Source: Narcine bancroftii (lineage: Eukaryota). Taken from it: DNA of 64,000 nucleotides. Below are positions 1 to 12,636 of the stretch, piece after piece. The translations under genes were made by a program, and so were the position numbers. Positions within the stretch are counted from its first letter, which is position 1; each line of letters opens with the position of its first letter. The notes beneath the pieces were generated by a model, which was not told the origin of the DNA, ran no database searches, and worked only from the letters and a program-made list of their open reading frames with translations. The stretch covers positions 216,442,001-216,506,000 of the forward strand of contig NC_091474.1 of the NCBI RefSeq assembly GCF_036971445.1, given 5' to 3'.

Positions 1-388
1 GCTGATTTTCAGCATCTGATGCCTCATGTGTCAGTGTCCGACAATAGTCAGCCAGAATTGATGCATTCCCATAGCCACGATACCACTTTTCCTTGGTCGC
101 AATATCCTGGTAAAACCTTTCTCCATGTTCATCACTGACTGCACTAAGATCAGCAGGGAAGAAGTCCAAGTCTGTATACGGAAGATGAATTTTTAATGAC
201 ATGCTGCTCTTCATGGTTTTATATGCTTGAAATAGAGTTAAATATGACAGGAAATCATTAAAAAAAATTTAGATCTAAATTATGGGAAGTAATGGGAAAA
301 CTTTAAGGTGGGTTTTGTAATCAGCAGGTTGACATCCGTAAGATACACCCAAAGCGTGGTCAGAAAGCAAAATCTTTGTAGTCAACTG
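1..388 (-). mobile_element. Chapaev3-type (CMC superfamily) DNA transposon remnant; transposase C-terminal fragment at 1-228, runs off the window
   Basis: Minus strand 228->1 translates QAYKTMKSSMSLKIHLPYTDLDFFPADLSAVSDEHGERFYQDIATKEKWYRGYGNASILADYCRTL, matching the recalled MSLKIHFLHSHLDFFP..GAVSDEHGERFHQDI..MEKRY..LADYCW motif. 229-388 looks like a terminal region ending AAATCTTTGTAGTCAACTG. Confidence 0.7.
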
Positions 389-636
389 TAATTTGCCCTT
401 ATTCACAAAATGACATTCTGTGCACCATCTTCTTCCTCCAGGAAGGCAGAGATATAGAATTGTCCCTGTAATCACCAGGTTAACACAAGATACATCAGAT
501 ACTTGAGCTCGTCACTCAGAATCTGCGATGTCATTTTGAACCCAAGTAAATTGTGATCTTTTAATGATCATTCCCAACTGTTCATATTTCTGTATCATGA
601 GCCAATCTCTTCTTTACTGGTGTCAATTGTATTATT

Positions 637-800
637 TTTAAGAAAAGGTTGGACAGGTATATGGATGAGAAGAAGATGGAGGGTTATGGGCATTGTGCAG
701 GGAGGTGGGACTAGAGAGGGGTGTTTGGTTCGGTGCGGACTAGAAGGGCCTAATGGCCTGTTTCCGTGCTGTAAATTGTTATGTTGTTTATGTTATGCTA
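637..800 (+). mobile_element. CR1 LINE 3' end fragment
   Basis: GGACAGGTATATGGATGAG...GAAGGGCCTAATGGCCTGTTTCCGTGCTGT plus a short ATGTT-type tail; same layout as the 3' UTR of the CR1 at 37270-37420. Confidence 0.7.
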
Positions 801-2429
801 TGAAATACCAAGGGTGAACCCATGACTAATGGCTAATAAATTAGGAAGTAGCAACCAAATAATTGTTCACATTGGTTACTGATAGAATTTTCTGAAGGGA
901 GGATTTTAATTTGTTTCATTTTGTGTGTCATGACATTGACAGCAGGGGGTCAGCTTGTGATGACATTTCTGCTATAAGATTAGGTGAGACAACTGATTGT
1001 CTTTGTAAGTAGTACACAAATGAGAATTATGTAGTTTGGTTCTGAAACAAAATTGTGAAGGTATACTGCAAAGTCTTGTTTTGCTCTACGTCAACATTTA
1101 TACTGAATTGAAAGATACAATTTGGTACACAAATGTGCAAATTACATTTCTGTGCTGCATTAATGAAGTGGGGAAATATTTTAAATTGACGAACATTGTA
1201 AAGGGTGGAAACTCGTACAAATGCATTAGCAATGGCAGGGGAAATTAATTGAGAGGAACTCCAGATACTAGAAATCTGGAATGTTAACCGGTTGTTTCTC
1301 AAGATTCGTTTCTTGACTTGCTGAGTATTTCCAGGATTTCTTCCATTTCGAATTTCTTGCACTTTAAGTTGGAGATTAGCAAAACTTTTGGAATTAAAGA
1401 ATTTGGAACCAGGAAATTTGTGTTCCACAACAGAGCTCTCTGAACATTTTCTGCTGCCTTCTCACACCATAATGTTTCATTGCCAGGCTCACTGTTAAGC
1501 CAGGAGACACAGATTTAGAAGCAGATTCTTGAACCAGCAAAAATAACATCAAATAAAGTAAGGCAATAATTTCCTTATGGAATAGAAAAAGTGGCTAGTC
1601 ATAAACTTTGGCAAAAGTGTTCAGAAATTAATATAAAGTTTAACAAACCCCAGGTTGCAAACAAGAGAAAAAGAATGTTGCAAACCATCTAGTGTGGACA
1701 CAGCAGACCAACTGAGTATAACAAAGTACATCAAGGTCTCAAAACAGACATAATTTTGTAGTTTTTTTTTATAGACTGCTCTCAATGCACTAAATATCTA
1801 TGGCTATTCAAAAGGAAACAACAGTAGACAATAATTCTTGCAAGTAACACCAGAAAGATTGATTTCTTGAGAAATACACCAGAGAAGCAGTGCAAAGAGA
1901 CCTTTTTTTTAAAAAAAAGATGCCGTACTCGAAAGGAAAGTTAAATCCACATTTGAATGATTTCACCTTCAACAATGCAGCACTGTACTACTGCACTGGA
2001 GATTCAGATCACATTTTTTAAACACATTCCCTTCAGTGGAATCAGGCCCAGATTTTTCTGATTTAAAGTTATTACGATGACCAAAAACAGCAGAGCTGAC
2101 AACAAAATGCAGGAAGTGGTAAAGTAAGTGAATACAAGCCTCAAAGTTAAAAGGACAGACTGTAAAATGTTATTAGTCACTTTCATCTTCCTCCATACTT
2201 TATAATCTCTGCACACCCCATAGCTAGAACCACATCATGTGGCACTTTTAGAGGAGATGGAGTTGGAGTCACACGACATCCCCACTGCAATATTCTTTTG
2301 CATCCTGCTGTTTCTGTATCTTTGACTGGAACCCGAGCACGAAGATTGTTTATGTAGCAGAGAATACATTATCGTGTTCCTTTTACTTCTCACCAAGGCA
2401 GAATAGTTTTATAATCAGTTTATCTCAGA

Positions 2430-3200
2430 ATCAATGTGAGGATTGTCTTATTATCATTTGTTTTCCTTTGTTTACCCTGTAAAGGCATACAAAGAGATGT
2501 CATCAGTCCAGCATCACTGCCAAGAGGAGAAAGAAAAAACTAAAGAGAATCTCTGCAGAGGCCGAGGATTTGTGGATTCCACCACCACCTCTAATGCTGC
2601 TGTTCCCTGTGCCACTGTAGCCACACTGTCTTCTGTGCAGTCCAGCAGTGAACTTGAGCTCAAGCCATCCAAGTCCTTGATCTCTGAATCAGGAAGCCAT
2701 CAGGGTCAGAGGCTCTGCGGGAGCCCTGCTTGCCACTGGAACCCTCACAGCTCCCAGTGCCTGGTTCCTAAAAGCCAGTCGCCAGCAGCCTACAGCCTGG
2801 TGTGAAGCCCTTGGCTGCCAAACTCCACGCTGGTCCACTGCTGTGGTTTCCTGCCTTGCAGCGTCCCATCCCTGGCTGCTTCTTAGTGGGTGTGGTGTTC
2901 TCCTCAGGTGCCCTGTGCCAGTCTCCTGCTTCCTCAAAGCCTGCAGGACTGAGCTAAATGCCAAACATGAACAATACCACCTTGGGCATTAGGCTCTGGG
3001 AATCTTTGACTGCTGCCCTTGGGCTGAGAGGGCTTATGGCTGGGAAGCCTGACCTTGTGCAGTAGCACTGGAAGACCACATCTCCACTCCCTCACTCCTA
3101 CTGGGTCTGTACCAGTGGCAGCACTGTTACAGCAGCTGCATGGAGGAGTTGCTAAACCAAAGCCAAGCTTATTTGTTCCTATGGCTACTATGTTGAGGAC
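2430..3200 (-). repeat. Unclassified GC-richer interspersed repeat with a LINE-like 3' tail
   Basis: GC-richer block; the minus strand ends ...TGATAATAAGAC..GATTCTGA, like the TGACAATAAA/GATTCT tails of Rex1-type elements in this window. No coherent ORF. Confidence 0.3.
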
Positions 3201-4964
3201 CTTAAGTGAATTAAAAATATAAAATTTGTCTAGATCAGGTGCCAACTCAACGAGATGAACACTCACAATTATCCTGCTGGCTTTCTGATGATGATCGGAC
3301 AGATGGTTATATGGTACAACAGAAGCAGCTGATTATTAGAGCCTAAGCAATATGGTACCAAACCAGACTCTTCCAGTCCAAAACAATGCAGATGCCTCTC
3401 CACCTATTTTATTCACCCAATATTCTCAGATTTCACCACTCCTTTTACGCAAGGCCAATCAAACCATGTCTTTTGATCGTGGGAGGAAACCAGAGAGCTG
3501 AAGAAAAGCCATGCAGTTACAGTGAAAAGCTGTATACTCCACACAAACAACACCTGGGGCAGCAGCCGAATGGCCATGCTGCTTCAAGATGGATAAGAGA
3601 CCATGTAATAAAAGGAGTTAATAAATCATGAAATGTTTTGATAAAATACATTCAGTATTCAAAGCACACAGACTTCTGATAAAGTGGATAAACAACAGTG
3701 CTGTTATAAAATGGACCATACTGCTTCGAGGAACACAAGAAATACATGTAATATTAACTTCCAAAAGAGAATGGAGTAAATAATTGAAAAAAAAAAATTA
3801 TGGGCAAATGCAGGATGAATTGGGGTCTTTCTCTGCAGAATGATTCCAATAATTTCAATGCTGGATGTACATATTCCTGGGCTGGACAGTGCCATCCTAA
3901 CCCACTACATTTCAAGGTCAATGAGTCCTTGGAAGAGCTACCAGGGTCAAAACTTCCTCCCATTGCACCAGTGCATCAAGAACTGCTATTTTTCTTGTGG
4001 AGCCTAAGCATTTCCCCAATAACTTCATATACCAGATTGACTGATACTTACCCCACTCAACAGCATAGAACAAAAGTCAAAAGCTGACACTGGTGCAGAA
4101 CAGATCCTCGGAATTGATATATTACACTGACAGAACAGTTTTATAATCAGTTTATCTCAGAGTTAATATGAAAATTCTTTTATTATCATGTATAGATAAC
4201 AAACCCATAGTTGGAACCCTGGTTTTACGCTGCATCAAGAAAGACATCCTACTTGCATGCTGGGACTGCAAAATACAGCAATTCAGCCTTCAACAGCGGG
4301 GTTTGAGGTGATCCCTGTCACAGATCAAGCAATACAACTTTCATTACCTTGGGCAGTCTACTGCCTCAATAATATATCTTGTCAGGGAAGCCTATTGAGC
4401 CAATCGGCTTATAATGCCACTGAGATAAGGCAGATCTTTGTTGCTTTCCAAAGTAACAGTAGCAGCTCCAAGGGGCATCCTGAAGTATTTCATCTTAAAA
4501 GTCCTCTAATTCTGCAACTGGTATTCTTGCTCTGGAAAAGAGACTGATTTTAAAAAAAGACTTGATAATGGTCTTTCAAACGATGGGGTGGACATAGTCC
4601 AACCTAGAGGAGGGATAAAACCAAACAGCATAACATGTGAGACACACTTGCATCTTACGTGGGTTTAATGACATTAATGTTGGTCCCAACTTTAGGAGAG
4701 GCAGTGGATGTTGGGAGAACAAGGGGAGCGGCTATGGTGGCTAAGGCTGGTACATCGGGCAGAATACCATGGCTACTCAGGTGGTATTAAAGCCAGGGCA
4801 GTAAATGCCACCATGGAGGCAGTTTATACAAATCTGTGACTCACTGTTGATTCCTGTCCATCTACCAATGACTGAGTAACTCCTGGAAATACAGGCTGCT
4901 GCTGTGCATAAATCTGGCATGACTTGTGTTAAGATGCCAAAAACTCAGTTTGAGCATTGACATT

Positions 4965-5175
4965 GAGTGGCACGATTGGAGTAGCAGTTAGTGAAAAGCT
5001 ATTATAGTGCCAGCGACCCGGGTTCAAATTCAGTGCTGTCTGTGAGGAGTTTGTGTGTTCTCTCCATGTTTGCATGGGTTTTCCCCGAGTGCTCTGGTTT
5101 CCTCTACCCATCCAAAATGTAGTGGTTTGTGGGTTAATTTGAGTGCAATTGGGGCAGCACAGGTTTAAATGGCAA
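4965..5175 (+). mobile_element. tRNA-derived SINE (V-SINE/HE1-like)
   Basis: A-box-like TGGCACGATTGG, B-box GGTTCAAATTC, then core CTGTGAGGAGTTTGTGTGTTCTCTCCATGTTTGCATGGGTTTTCCCCGAGTGCTCTGGTTTCCT. Confidence 0.75.
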
Positions 5176-5815
5176 AGAGAGTGACCAGGAAAAGGCCACT
5201 CACACATTGGAGGAACAACACCTTATATTCCATTTTGGCAGTCTCCAGCCAGATGGCATCAATATCACCTTCCCCAATTTCTGTTATTCCCCTTGCTCTG
5301 TCTCCATTCCTCAAGCTCCTCGCCCCTTTCCCTTCCTGCTCCAATCAGAGAGCATCTTTCTTGGCCTCTGCCCTCTCCCCTATCACCTCAGTTTTTTTTT
5401 AATTGGAGATGCAGCACGGTAACTGGTCCTTCCACACCATGAGCCCATGCCACTCAAATACATATGCATGACCAATTAACCTTCTGACCCATACACTTTT
5501 TGGAATGTGGAGAAAAAACTGCAGCACCCAGAGGAAACCCACGGGGAGAACCTACAAATTCTATATAGCGGCAGATTGGAACCCAGCCTGCTGGCTCCGC
5601 AATAGTTTTGTGCTAACCACGACGCCTCTTTCTCCTCTTCCTCTTTCCACCTTATTCACCTCTCACTTGCTAGCCTTTTGCTCCTCGCTCCCACCCCCAT
5701 CTTTTTATTCAGCCATCTGCCCGATTTTCAGCATACTCGAAGTGCTCACGCCCAGAATATTGTCCACCTGTGATTTCCGAGAACGCCTCGTGACTTGCTG
5801 TATTTTTCTCCTACT
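5176..5815 (+). mobile_element. Penelope-like element 3' fragment, interrupted by a SINE
   Basis: Encodes LEEQHLIFHFGSLQPDGINITF (same C-terminus as the GIY-YIG ORF at 15916-16488), then a pyrimidine-rich tail and terminal motif. Confidence 0.7.
5395..5620 (-). mobile_element. tRNA-derived SINE (V-SINE-like)
   Basis: Reverse complement of the SINE core (AAACTGCAGCACCCAGAGGAAACCCACGGGGAGAAC); T-run at 5392-5400 is the tail. Confidence 0.65.
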
Positions 5816-6014
5816 TTTGCGCACTGTCGTACTGAATCTTGTAACTTTACTTTCATCACAATGTTTTTTTTCTGTGAAGTTTTGTATTCAAACTGGCTCC
5901 AAAGAATGGCACCCCCTGGATAGCAAGCAAAATGACTTCTTTCATTGTATACATGTCAATAAAATACAATGAAACCAACAAACCACAGCCATTACTGAAT
6001 GTTTCATAATTCTT

Positions 6015-6207
6015 TTTTTTAGACATACAGCACAGTTACAGGCCCTTCTGGCCCATGCTGTCCGAACACACCCAATTGACTTCCAACCCCCGCACATTAG
6101 GAACGATGGAAGGAAACTGGAGCACCCAGAGGACAATGCTGGGTTTGAACCCCAGTCATTTGCACTGTAACAACATGGCACAAACTGGTATGCTATCTGT
6201 GCTGCCC
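6015..6207 (-). mobile_element. tRNA-derived SINE (V-SINE-like), internally deleted
   Basis: GGAAGGAAACTGGAGCACCCAGAGG and GGGTTTGAACCC (B box, reverse) on the plus strand. Confidence 0.6.
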
Positions 6208-7929
6208 TCTGTGAAAGATTTAGTCATTATTCTTTGTTTATTGTGAGGGAAATATTCCAGGTTTGAAGAGGGGAACCAGTTGGAAGAAGTGAGCAGCGTA
6301 AGAATGGATGGAAGTCAAATGCTTGGCACAAACCAGCTTGGGAAGTCATGGCTACCTGTGGGGAATTCAAAATGAGGAATCTATGAATAAAATTAAAAGA
6401 TCTCTGGGAAATAAAACAAATGCACTCCAAAGGCAATAAACACGTAGCAATTATTGGGGCTTCTGCCGGCAAGGGAGAGCTGGATATTTAAGTGAAGGCG
6501 AACAGTGATACTGATAGTTGGAGTAGTAAGGAGGTTGATGTCGAGCAGGCACACGAGCATGAGAGAGCAGAACCTAATGGCCTGCACCCAGTACTGATAA
6601 TGTGATATAATGCTAGATATATGCTCATGGCTTTTTTGCCCCCTACCACCATGGTCTCTTAAAACTGATGCTGCTTATGCCAAACGCTAATCACGGGCCC
6701 TCCCCCCAAACACATGCAGGTTCCATTTCCCTTCCCCTCAACCCTACGGTGTTTTCTTTGCTATCCTCATGACCAAAGTTGCATTGAGGATGCAATTACA
6801 GCTCTAATGTTATGATAAATGTTAATGAAATGGTGGCAGTCGATGGAGACTAACATAGCTCAATCTCCACTTCTGAGAGCTGCGTTCTGTCTGATGTTGC
6901 TTGAATGTATTCCTCCTGATTGCAAATTTTGCCTGCTGAGATTTTATGCTTGAATGTTTCCGTTTTTCCAAATACAATGTTTTGTGCATGGTTCCAACTT
7001 CTCTCTCAGTTCATAGCACATGTGTTGCCTTGTGTTTTTTTTTTAAATTAATTGTGTTGACAGATTTCCCTCAATCCCCCAAAACCTTGGGTAAATGACA
7101 ATTACTAAAGGTCCATCTGATCACACACAACTAACACATGGGCCAGGTTGCTTAGTGTCTCCAGTCACTGGAAACATTTAAGCAGCAGAAAAGTCTATTA
7201 ATGCATGGAGATATGATGCCTTCAACACCTAGATCAGATGAAGACTAAAACAAAGCTACTATTATATTTTATTATATCAGAAATGCCATTTTAAAAATCA
7301 CACCTGGTCACCTCGTAATAGCCAAATATAATCAAAATCTTTCAGTATTTTGAAATATTAATATATATATTTGAATAAAATTTGCATAAAATATCTTGGC
7401 TTTGTTCTGAATTCAGTCATCGCATTGTTTGAAATGACTGCAGCTGAAATAAGATTGCAGCATGGAAATGATTCTCTCTGGTGCTATTTTACAGAAATGT
7501 TATGTGCAGTCTTTAGCAGAGGCAGTAACCTGTTTATAATTGATTTGTGAATTAGTTAAAACAAGAAACAAACTTAGATTGTGTGGTGAACGTTTATGCA
7601 ATAAGACCCCGCAGTGACTAACAGGCACAGTGTTCTCTCTCTCAGTGCTGTAGATTCTCAGTCATTTGGGAACATTCAAGGCTGGGAACAGGAATGAACA
7701 GCCTTGAGCCACCAAATCAGCTAAGGTCTTCTCAAAAATTAGGAGTAGGGTAAAGAGACCATATAGTTTGCTGCATGTTTATTTCAACATATGGAAGCAT
7801 TTATTCTGGGACTCGGGCCTTATTTAATCCTTCAGAGGGTATAATGAAAGCTAGCTAAACAAGATCTACTGATGACCAGGTTGAGTGCAATACACAAATG
7901 TGTTGGAGAAGCTCACAGGAAATAAAGGG

Positions 7930-10690
7930 TGTAGTGATATGTTTCCTCCTTGTACATTTTTCCCTACCTGTGTGCTATTGTATGTATGAGGCTGTCCTGC
8001 CCACTAGAAACTCAAATCCTAGGTCTCATACAAAGTCTTCGTATCGTTTGGGCACTTTCCGGTTTCATTTCGGCCTGCCTGCGATATTGTATTCGCTTCT
8101 CGGTTGTTCATTCTCAGCGTCGGCAATACTGCTCGCCACGGCTTCGGGTGTTTCTGGCACTCTAGTCACTTCATCAGGAGTGCTGGTAACTGCCTCTGGA
8201 ACATCATCAGGTCTCTCAGTTTCAGCATCTCGTATTGGCCTTTCAACCTCTTCGCTCGATGTATCTCTGGACTGGTACCTTTTTACACCTGATACATTTC
8301 TCTTATACAGGACTCCAGTCAGAGACTTGACTGTCACCATACTGCCACTTCTGGATACAACAGTATAGGGTTGATGGTAATAAGGTGTGTCTAGCTTACC
8401 ACCAGTTTCATGCCTCACTAGAACATTATCTCCTGGCATGATGTCTGAGTACTTGGCTCCACGTTTCGAATCTGTGTACAGCTTTGCTGCACCTTTCTTT
8501 TCAGCATCGTGGTCCCTCATCTCCTGGTCGTCTCGGATTTCCTTTATTTCTGGCATTTTTGTGCGGATTTTTCTCCCAAAAAAATGCTTCTGCAGGACTT
8601 TTTCCAGTGGTTGCATGAGGCGATGCTCGATAGACAGCCACATAAGATAGCAATGCTTCTCGCCAGTTTTGTCCTTCTGCGTGTGCAATCCTCAATCGTT
8701 TTTCAATGGACTGATTTTGTCTCTCTACTTCCCCGCTGGCTTGCGGCCATTTCAGAGTTACTTTATGATGGTGGATACCTGTGGTCCTCATGTATTCCGC
8801 AAATGTCTCTGAAATGAATTGTGGACCATTGTCAGAGTATAATGTAACAGGTAATCCATATCTTGCGAATATCTCTGCTAACGCTTGTATTGTTTTTTCA
8901 GTGGTTGTGGACTTCAACACCACGTACTCATAGTATCTGCTGTAGTAATCTATCACTACCATAATTGATTCACCCGTCGGTAAAGGTCCAAGAAAATCAA
9001 CAGCTACGTCGATCCATGGTCCTGTCGGGAGTTGCGTACTCCGGATCAGTTCTGGCGGATTACTCCTACTTGTGATTTGACATCCGTGACAAGTTTTAAC
9101 AAATTTCTCTGCATCCTTATCACAATCTGGCCACCATACCTTGGTTCTGAGGTTTTGCTTGGTACCAACAATGCCTAGGAGTCCTTCATGCGCTAAGGAT
9201 ACGATCTTCGGTCTCAATCTTTGCGGTATCACCAATCTGCAACCTCTTAATACACACTGTCCGATGCAACAAAGTTCGTCTCTAATGGGAATGTAAGCCT
9301 TGTGAGTACGCTTGTCCCATTGTCCACTCTGTATGCAGTCTCTTACTTCCATGAGTTCTGGATCACGTTCGGATTCTCTCTCGACTTCCTTCGTAGTCAC
9401 AGCTTTCGGTGTCGACTGAATAGCTACGAAGCGTACAAAGCTCTCTGTTTCTGTTCCCAATTCTGACTTGGATTGTGGACCACCATCCTTCACTAATCTG
9501 GACAGCGGATCAGCAATGTTTGTTTTCCCTGCAATGTGGATTACTTTATATTTGTAGGGTTGTAGTCTGAGTACCCATCTCTCTATTCTGGCACATGGTT
9601 TGGATCTAGGTGCATAGATCACCTCTAATGGCTTATGATCTGTGATGAGTTCAAATTCAATGCCGTATAAATATGCATGGAACCTCTCACAGGCCCATAC
9701 AAGTTCGAGTGCTTCTTTCTCTGTCTGAGAATATCTTCTTTCCACATCTGATAACGATCTGCTGGCATAGGCAATGATTCTTGGTCCTCCATCATGCATC
9801 TGGACCAACACGGCTCCTAAACCAACCCGGCTCCTAAACCAACCGGGCTGGCATCCGCTATAACTTTGGTTGATGCCGCCGGATCATAATATCCAAGAGT
9901 TTTTGCATCTGTCAGGCTTTGCTTCAGCGCTGTGAACGCTTTCTTCTGCTCAGATCCAAAATGAAATGGTACACCTTTCCTGGTTAGTTTCCTTAGTGGT
10001 TCTGCCACTGTAGCAAAATTAGGAATGAACTTTGCACAAAAATTGACCAATCCCAGGAATCTCCTCACCTCTGTTGTGTTCTGAGGTGCACGTGCCTCTG
10101 CAATAGCTTTCACCTTGGCCTCTGCAGGGTTTAGTCCTTCCCATGTAAGTCTATGTCCCATGAAGTCCATTTCTGACACACCAAACTGGCACTTGTTTCC
10201 ATTCACGGTAAGGCCTGCCTGCTGTAGTCTAGATAGTACACGCCTCAACCTTTGTCATGCTCTTCCTTCGTTGGTGCATGGACTATGATGTCGTCAGAAA
10301 TGTTGGCAACTCCAGAAATGCCTTGAATCACTCGATGGATTTCATATTGGTAGGTCTCCGAAGCTGCATTAATTCCAAATGATAGTCTCTTGTAACGTTA
10401 CAATCCACAGTGAGTCACAAATGTTGTTACATCTCGGGAATCTGGATCCAGCTCTAATTGATGATAGCCCCATTTCAGATCAATTTTTGAGAATACCTTT
10501 CTGGTAGTTAGTTCTTGAAGTATTTCCTCCACTGTTGGTATAGGGTGTCGTTCTCTTATGACCTGGTCATAAAGGTGGACCTCCCTCCCCACTTTTGGGA
10601 CTCCTGTACCTGGATCTGGGCCAACCAAAGTCTTGTGCTTATTAAATTCTGTCATTCCCAAGCTCTCAACTTCGGGGTTATTGATGGATA
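7930..10690 (+). mobile_element. LTR-bounded insertion: LTR-like 5' part 7930-8005 and 3' part 10561-10690 enclosing an inverted Gypsy pol
   Basis: Starts TGTAGTGATATG; flanked by AGGG at 7926-7929 and 10691-10694 (AAGGG if 5 bp). The flanks rejoin as GGAAATAAAGGGTAAACAACGTT. The right part has CATAAAGG and ATTAAA signals. Confidence 0.55.
8006..10560 (-). pseudogene. Gypsy/Ty3 pol fragment (RT, RNase H, integrase), frameshifted
   Basis: ORFs 10398-10661 (IRERHPIP, KIDLKWGYHQL), NISDDIIVH near 10290, 9817-10248 (FLGLVNF, ADASPVGLG), 8501-9811 (YSQTEKEAL, TDHKPL, H..C-x2-C, AVDFLG, SDNGPQF, GEVERQN), 8065-8688 integrase tail. Confidence 0.95.
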
Positions 10691-10984
10691 AGGGTAAACA
10701 ACGTTAGATGTAATTCTTCCTATGGATGCCGCAAGACTTGCTGACCTTTTCCAGCATATGTGACAGTGGAAGCTTACAAAGCAAGACCTCTGAAAACTGT
10801 AAAGGATGAAGTTGCCATCCTGAGGTGGCAAGTGTATATATTTAAAAGCTCAGCTGGTCAGAAAGTCCCACAAGAACTGGCAAGCATGTCATGTCTTCCC
10901 TTTTGATCGATGTAGGAGACAGCTCCCAGCTGGGAAATCAAAGTCGAGAAAAAAACCCAAAACATTTGTATTTGTGTTAGGAAG

Positions 10985-11385
10985 TCAGATGGCACAGAGA
11001 TTTGACTACAGAAGTAAAGATATTAAATAGGGCCTTCGCGAGACTGCAACTGGAATACAGTACACTGGTTTGGGCTCCTTATGTATAAAAGGAGAGAGTG
11101 AGTGCAGCAAAGATTTACTGAATTATTTCCAAGGATTAACATAGAGGAGAGGTTGTTAATGCTTGGCCTAGATTCTCTCAAGTTTAGAAGAATAAGAAAA
11201 AAAAATCACCTTGAAATATAAGAGAAGGAATGTGATGTTGAGGCTTTATAAGGCACTGGTGAGACCTCACTTGGGAGTATTGTGAGCAGTTTTGGTCTCC
11301 TTATTTAAGAAAAGATGTCCTGATGTTGGAGAGGGTTCAAAAGAGGTTCACGAGGATGATTCCAGGAATGAAAGGGTTATCATAT
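10985..11385 (+). mobile_element. Two CR1 ORF2 C-terminal fragments
   Basis: LYKALVRPHL.YCEQFWSPYLRKDVLMLERVQKRFTRMIPGMKGLSY at about 11245-11385; an older copy lies just upstream. Confidence 0.75.
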
Positions 11386-11479
11386 TTCCCATGGGCAGTG
11401 AGAATGTTAAATGTCCAAAGGAACTGCTCACATTAACCATCTGAGACTCTCATATTTATTTAAATATGTCACCAATGAA

Positions 11480-12636
11480 ACCATTAAGATAGAATGAATT
11501 TATACGCATTATTTTTTTTTACAATACCATTTTGGAAACCTGGTATCATAAGGGGATACAACATCTGGAAGATTGTTATGATAAAGGACTTTTCATGTCA
11601 TTTGAACAGCTGAAGAAGAAATATGACTTGTCCAATAAGACCTTTTCTGTCACCTTTGGTTACTATCCTTCCTTAGGGCCAAATTGGGCCCTGAAATGAC
11701 TCTACCGGGACTCACTGAAAAGGAAAAACTACTCCATGAAGGAAATATATTTAAGTCTATTTCTAGAAAGTACTTTTTTTTGATAAGTGAGAGCCCAAAG
11801 CCAGGTTTGCATAAATCTAGGGTGAGATGGGAGTCAGACTTAGACACAACAATTGGTGAACATCTCTGGTCAGATCTATGTCAGGGAACTTTGTGGGCTA
11901 CTATCAAAGCCAGGTAGAGATTGGCCCATTATAATTTTCTCAATCAACTGTACCTCACCCCACAGAAATTACACCAATATAAACCTGAATTATCAGAGAT
12001 GCATTTTAGGTGTGGTGTAGAGGTTGGCTCCTTTTTACATTCTACCTGGCTTTGCACAAAGGTGAGGCCCTTCTGATATGACCTCTGTGACACCCTAACC
12101 AAGATCATGGGAGTCAACTTCCCAGTAGACCCAGAGCTTTGTCTTCTGGGAACTTTACCATGGTTTGTAGATACTAATTCTCAAAATAAATTCACAGAAA
12201 TTGCCTTGTGTGTGGCCATGAGGTGCAGAGCAGTAACATGGAAGTCTGACTCTCTTCTACTCATGGTCCTCAGAGAGGAATAGCTGCAACCCACTTGAAA
12301 AAGTCACATACAATCTCAGGTATCCTAAGCATCTGGCAGCCTTTTTTAGAGCATATAGGGACCTCAGTGGTGTCATTATAGGGTTATTAACACTACTGAG
12401 TAGCCAGTAGACCTCTGTAAAGATTTTAACACTGTGGTATCATCGAGTCTCCTAATGCTTTACTGTCCGCACTGACAAAGGGATGATAGTTATTGTGTTT
12501 CCTTTTCTTTCTTCTTTCTCTGTTTAATAGGACATATCAAGGGGAGGGGGAAGAGGGAGGAAGGGGTTCTCTTGATGTTTTGTATTGGGTATGATTATTG
12601 TTAAATATATTTAAAATGATAAATAAAGTATTACAA
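11480..12636 (+). mobile_element. L1/Tx1 clade LINE ORF2 3' end and 3' UTR
   Basis: Degenerate FLNQLYLTPQKL, CFRCGVEVGSFLHSTWLCTKVRPF zinc-finger region, LEKVTY; G-rich UTR and AATAAA before an A-rich tail. Confidence 0.8.

Noticed and set aside
938-955. CTCF-like site ACAGCAGGGGGTCAG
   Set aside because: Partial match only; expected by chance in 64 kb.
2443-3266. GC-richer ORFs as host exons
   Set aside because: No recognisable domain, stops in all frames, and a LINE-like tail; more likely an interspersed repeat.
4965-5040. tRNA gene
   Set aside because: A and B boxes are present but run into a SINE core; no cloverleaf or Pol III terminator.
7898-8817. Plus-strand ORFs over the Gypsy integrase, and similar ORFs over the RTE at 29014-30504
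   Set aside because: Antisense shadows of retroelement coding sequence.
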